From Trichodesmium erythraeum IMS101 (lineage in GTDB: Bacteria; Cyanobacteriota; Cyanobacteriia; Cyanobacteriales; Microcoleaceae): a stretch of 32,000 nt of DNA. The position numbers and the translations under genes were made by a program. Shown one piece after another: positions 27,711 through 32,000 of the stretch. Below the pieces are notes generated by a model that did no database searches, was not told the DNA's origin, and worked only from the letters and a program-made list of their open reading frames with translations. The stretch lies in contig NC_008312.1 in assembly GCF_000014265.1 (NCBI RefSeq), forward strand, positions 5,670,001 through 5,702,000. The letters are read 5' to 3'. Numbering within the stretch: the stretch's first letter is position 1; each line of letters begins with the position of its first letter.

Positions 27711-28598
27711 ATGGTAAATTTAGGATTTGGATTTCAGACTCTCATGGGAGTTATTTTGGCCTTAGCTGGAGCTGGCCTCTACTTTATGCGTGCATGGCGT
27801 CCGAAGTTAGCAAGAGATCATGATATTTTCTTTGCGGCAATTGGTCTATTATCTGGAGGTATTTTAATATTTCAAGGCTGGCGACTAGACCCAATTTTAG
27901 CTTTTGGTCAGTTCTTATTAACCGGTTCTACTATGTTCTTTGCAGCAGAAGCCATAAGTTTAAGGGGACTAACAACTAAGCAAGCGAAAGAACGCACATC
28001 TCCTATAGTAGATGAAGAACGCTCAGTTAGTCCTTTTTATAGCTATGGAGAAACAGGGTTTGATGAACTAGAGCCATTAGAAGAATATCCGCCCAAACGT
28101 CGCATTAGAGGCGCGCGAGATGATGGCTATTCTCGATCAGATTATTATGAAGATGACTACCGCCGTCGTCCGACTCGCAGAAGCAATTACGATCAACCAG
28201 GAGAACCAAAACCAAAATTACGCAAGCGTAGTACTCGTTCTGAAGATTATTCTAGATCATATCAAGATTGGGAAACTTCTGTAGATCCAGAAAATAGAGG
28301 ACCTCGTTATGATAGTCGAGAGAACTTTCGTGATGACAATGGGCAGGAAAATATATCTTCTCCTTATAGAAGTCGAGATAGCTGGGAAACTTCAACTTAT
28401 GAAGAAAAAGTATCCCGTAACCGTAGTGGTCAGTCTACGCCCATAGCAAGTTATTCAGAAGAAAAAACTCCTAGAACCAGAAAAATTCGTCCTCCAGAAG
28501 CATCATCTACTAGTAGAGAAGCGAACCCTACAAATTATGTAGAGTATACTCCCATGGACTATACTGATAATGATGTTGATGGTTCTACAAACTCTTAA
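27711..28598 (+). CDS. ycf66: Ycf66 family protein with long low-complexity R/D/E/S/Y-rich C-terminal tail
   Basis: The N-terminal ~85 aa (LAGAGLYFMRAWRPKLARDHDIFFAAIGLLSGGILIFQGWRLDPIL) match the Ycf66 N-terminal domain. The remainder is compositionally biased. Confidence 0.8.
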   Translation: MVNLGFGFQTLMGVILALAGAGLYFMRAWRPKLARDHDIFFAAIGLLSGGILIFQGWRLDPILAFGQFLLTGSTMFFAAEAISLRGLTTKQAKERTSPIVDEERSVSPFYSYGETGFDELEPLEEYPPKRRIRGARDDGYSRSDYYEDDYRRRPTRRSNYDQPGEPKPKLRKRSTRSEDYSRSYQDWETSVDPENRGPRYDSRENFRDDNGQENISSPYRSRDSWETSTYEEKVSRNRSGQSTPIASYSEEKTPRTRKIRPPEASSTSREANPTNYVEYTPMDYTDNDVDGSTNS

Positions 28599-29009
28599 TA
28601 ATAGTAGGAATAAGGCTAGGGTAGTTATAGCTATTAATGACAAAACTTTGTATAAGGGATATCTTAGGAAAACTTTAGCTCACTTTTGATGAAGTGTACC
28701 TTATTTTCATTGGCATTTCACTAGGGAAGTCAAAAGAAAAGTTTTTAGTTTCCTTATTCCTTGTATTGAAAAGCTAGCTTAATAGGAAGTTTTATTACTT
28801 AGATTGAGAATGACAAATGCTCAGAAATATAACTGAGTCATTTAGATTTAAATTATGATTTAGTTAAAGCTAACTAAAGATACCTTCTACATCCATAATA
28901 GTTATAATTCCAATTTTTCTAATCACTAAAACTATTTATATTTTATGAATTCCGTAAATCCTTATTTATTGAGATAAAAGAACTATTAGAAGGTAAATGA
29001 CAGCAGAGT

Positions 29010-29133
29010 AAATATTGAAAATTATGTAGTTTGGGCATCTTTATCCCGTAGCTGTAATTTATAACAACAGAAAATGCTGTAATATATAGTTGATAGCAAG
29101 AAAAAATTTAATATAACTGGAAGAAAAATTGTA
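29010..29133. repeat. dispersed repeat, copy B (partner at 14951-15112)
   Basis: ACAGCAGAGTAAATATTGAAAATTATGTAGTTTGGGCATCTTTATCCCGTAGCTGTA...ATATAACTGGAAGAAAAATTGTA aligns with copy A. Confidence 0.6.
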
Positions 29134-29407
29134 TTTATTACTAACATCAGCCGCGATAAATTTTTGCTATAAATATTTAGTGCTGATTAGGAGTTAGGTA
29201 TCAAACATTTGGAATTGCTGAGCTAAAGTTAGAAGGAATAGAATCGTAAATTCAAGCATTTTTTCTTTTTATGTTGATTATCTATTTTTACTCAAAGTAA
29301 AGATTAAAAGAAAATTATTTGATGGCTCAAGCTTGTTTGTCATATTATTTTTTAACCCTTAGTATAACAAAACAATTAGTTGTTTAAATTAGATTCCACT
29401 AGGAACA

Positions 29408-30592
29408 ATGAAGGTCAAATTTTTGCAAAAAGCTACATCAAGAATATTAGCACTAGGGATAGGAGTAAGTGTAAATTTCACTAACTTTTCTGTTGTCAAT
29501 GCTCAAATAAGAGCAGATAAAACTATAAAAATTCGGTACAAAAACCAAATAGAATCAATATTTGTTCAGAGTATAGAAGAACAAACTAATATTCGTGTTT
29601 ATCAACAAACAAATCAAGCAGTAGTCTCCATAGATACAGATAAAGCAAACGGTAGTGGTACGATTATTTCCCGCGATGGAATGGTACTAACTAATGCTCA
29701 TGTCGTGTCCCAAGGTGGTATTGTAAAAATCACTTTAGCAGATGGAAGAAAAGTTGAAGCAGATGTCATAGGTTTTGGTGAAAAAGGTTTAGACTTAGCA
29801 GTTCTAAAAATTAGAGGAGAAACAAATCTTCCTACCATTAGGATAGCTAGCTCTGGTGATATAAAAGTAGGTCAGCGAGCTTTTGCTATAGGTAATCCTT
29901 TTGGTAGATTTCAAGGTACTCTTACTGTAGGAATAGTTAGTCGTATAGATGAAGAAAGAGGTTTGATTCAAACAGATGCAGCTATTAATCCTGGTAACTC
30001 TGGGGGACCATTGTTAAATAGTGCTGGAGAACTCATCGGTGTTAATACTGCTATACTTACTCCTAGTCAATTAGGGGGTAATATTGGTATTGGCTTTGCT
30101 ATATCTATAGATAAAGTCCCAGAGTTGCTCAAGGCAGTTCGAGAAAGACGAGCACCTTTAGTCGCTCAACATTCAAGAAGTAGGATGTTTGATGAGGACT
30201 TTGCTAAAAAATTAGACTTTGATGCTTTAATTGAAGTTCAAGGCAATTTAGATGGAGAATCTAATGTATTACCTGTAGATAATAGTTACTATGATCTTTA
30301 TGCTTTTAAAGGTAGAGCAGGTCAAAAAATTTCTATTGATATGAGTAGTAATCAAATAGATTCTTACTTGATTTTATTAAACTCAGAAGATCAAGAATTA
30401 GCTCAAGATGATGATAGTGGGGAAGACAAAAATGCTAGGATTATAATTATATTACCAAAGGATGGAACTTATAAGTTATTAGCAAATTCTTATGAAGCAG
30501 GAGAGTCAGGAAAGTATGAGTTGAAAATTGAAGCAATTTCACCTAAAATGAGAATTTTATTTGAGCAAGAAAAGAGTAACTTTTATAGATAA
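29408..30592 (+). CDS. secreted trypsin-like (S1C/HtrA-type) serine protease with C-terminal PPC-like domain, no PDZ
   Basis: Signal-like N-terminus. Catalytic triad contexts TNAHVV, LDLAVLKI and NPGNSGGPLLN. The C-terminal ~100 aa (YDLYAFKGRAGQKISIDMSS..DSYLILLNS..DDDSG..GTYKLLANSYEAGESGKYELKIE) resemble a bacterial pre-peptidase C-terminal domain. Confidence 0.85.
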   Translation: MKVKFLQKATSRILALGIGVSVNFTNFSVVNAQIRADKTIKIRYKNQIESIFVQSIEEQTNIRVYQQTNQAVVSIDTDKANGSGTIISRDGMVLTNAHVVSQGGIVKITLADGRKVEADVIGFGEKGLDLAVLKIRGETNLPTIRIASSGDIKVGQRAFAIGNPFGRFQGTLTVGIVSRIDEERGLIQTDAAINPGNSGGPLLNSAGELIGVNTAILTPSQLGGNIGIGFAISIDKVPELLKAVRERRAPLVAQHSRSRMFDEDFAKKLDFDALIEVQGNLDGESNVLPVDNSYYDLYAFKGRAGQKISIDMSSNQIDSYLILLNSEDQELAQDDDSGEDKNARIIIILPKDGTYKLLANSYEAGESGKYELKIEAISPKMRILFEQEKSNFYR

Positions 30593-31247
30593 ATTGGATG
30601 ATTTTTTCTCGAATACTTATTTATTAGGAAGAGAATATAACATTCAGAGAATAGAGTGGAGGTTGATTACTGATACCCAGTATCTCCATTGATGATTTTT
30701 TTTCAAGTTATAGCTATTGTTAAATAAATGATTGCGGGATAAGAAGATTATACTTTTAGTTTTAGATTTTATCTCAACTAAAAATATAATATATAGAAAA
30801 AATTTAATATATAATATATAGAAAAAAAATTTATAATTAACTAAGTTACGATAAATTTTTTCATAATTTGATTTTTAATAAGACTTAGGTAAGCATCTAA
30901 AATTATACACAAGAAGTATATGTTAAGGTTGTTCCCTCTACTAGATAAAGTGATGGATATGTATCCCACTTTTATTCATATTTAAACATTGATTTTAAAC
31001 TCTGTTCTACTGATGAAGACAGTGTACCTATTGTGTAATTATCTTCATTGAATAACTTAATTTATGTTGAATGTTATTTTTTCCAGCTTATAATTACTAG
31101 GCTTATGTATAGGAATATTTTTAATAATTGTTATACATACTAACTAAAATCTTCAATAATGTTTTTTAGTTAATAATTATTTGTGGTTATTTCCTACTAT
31201 GCTAGTAGACTAGTTGGATAATTTAATTAATATATTTGAGGTGATTA

Positions 31248-31946
31248 ATGCATCAAACAAAATTTTGGGCGATCGCTCCTTTTGGTCTACTAACTATTTT
31301 GGGAAAACCTTTACTTTCCCCCGCACTTCCAATTCATCAGGCCGTTGTTAATTTTAGCTATGTAGATGAAAGTTCAACGAAGTCTGAAATTTTTGCCCAG
31401 GATACTTCATTTCCCAAAGTGACTCCATCACCAGAAATGACTCCGACTTTAGAGGACAGTCCATCACCAGAAATGACTCCGACTTTAGAGGACAGTCCAT
31501 CACCAGAAATGACTCCGACTTTAGAGGACAGTCCATCACCAGAAATGACTCCGACTTTAGAAGACAGTCCATCACCAGAAATGATCCCTCCCACCCAAGA
31601 ACCAGAAATAATCTTACAGCAACCAGGAATGCTTAGTGATGATGATTTAGTACTTCCATCTGATGAAAGTGTTTACGATGAACATACTTTTGAAGGGACA
31701 GAAGGTCAGGTAGTAACTGTAACTGTAGAAAGTCCTGATTTTGATACTTACTTAGCAGTTTTTAGTCCTGATACTAAACTACTGGGAGAACATGATGATA
31801 TTAGTAAGAAAAATACAAACTCTCAACTAACAATTACTTTACCTATGACAGGTAAATACCGTGTAATAGTTAACTCTTACGATAAAACAGGTAGAGGTGA
31901 GTATAATTTACAAGTAATTCAATCAGGGCAAACATCAGATTTTTGA
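31248..31946 (+). CDS. secreted repeat protein: signal peptide, 4.5 x PSPEMTPTLEDS linker, C-terminal PPC-like domain
   Basis: Hydrophobic N-terminus FWAIAPFGLLTILGKPLLSPA. The C-terminus (DEHTFEGTEGQVVTVTVES.DFDTYLAVFSP..HDDIS..GKYRVIVNSYDKTGRGEYNLQV) parallels the C-terminus of the 29408 protease. Confidence 0.75.
   Translation: MHQTKFWAIAPFGLLTILGKPLLSPALPIHQAVVNFSYVDESSTKSEIFAQDTSFPKVTPSPEMTPTLEDSPSPEMTPTLEDSPSPEMTPTLEDSPSPEMTPTLEDSPSPEMIPPTQEPEIILQQPGMLSDDDLVLPSDESVYDEHTFEGTEGQVVTVTVESPDFDTYLAVFSPDTKLLGEHDDISKKNTNSQLTITLPMTGKYRVIVNSYDKTGRGEYNLQVIQSGQTSDF
31425..31585 (+). repeat. 36-bp perfect tandem repeat x4 plus a partial unit (coding)
   Basis: CCATCACCAGAAATGACTCCGACTTTAGAGGACAGT starts at 31425, 31461, 31497 and 31533, with a partial unit at 31569. 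There is one G/A difference in the fourth copy. Confidence 0.95.
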
Positions 31947-32000
31947 AGTTCTTCCCAAAGAAGCGTATTATTTACTGAATATTTTTGGCGTTGCTGAAGA

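Noticed and set aside
31354-31594. Minus-strand ORFs 31354-31575 and 31358-31594
   Set aside because: They are open only because the 36-bp repeat lacks stops in those frames, and their sequences are pure repeat translations.

Overview
This is a cyanobacterial chromosomal window. Evidence: psbX, ycf66, an ictB-type gene, many HIP1 octamers (GCGATCGC), and STRR-like heptamer arrays that suggest a filamentous or heterocystous lineage. The housekeeping genes are well supported by motifs: an ABC permease 3' end, cytochrome P450, glgP, ictB-like, an HX4D acyltransferase, purF, a chorismate-lyase-like gene, tRNA-Leu(GAG), accC, yggT/ycf19, psbX, ycf66, and an S1C protease followed by a second secreted protein with a similar C-terminal domain. 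Between these lie decayed or accessory segments. (a) A degraded IS5-family element that still has its A7 frameshift site. (b) A 2.9 kb gene desert with three tandem ~202 bp units and a transposase remnant. (c) An AT-rich island (about 16.7-22.2 kb) holding a 539-aa orphan protein with a C-terminal glycine zipper and a MORC/GHKL-type ATPase ORF. An in-frame TAA splits that ATPase ORF, and its C-terminal part looks like a coiled coil plus a PD-(D/E)xK-like nuclease. (d) Directly downstream of the tRNA-Leu 3' end, an array of ~235 bp units, two of which carry a pseudo-copy of the last ~20 nt of the tRNA. A frameshifted IS4/IS701-like element with intact inverted repeats and a 5-bp target duplication interrupts this array. 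The best candidate for an undescribed system is the orphan plus GHKL-nuclease island next to the tRNA hotspot. All functional readings there are motif-level inference and need profile or structure searches.
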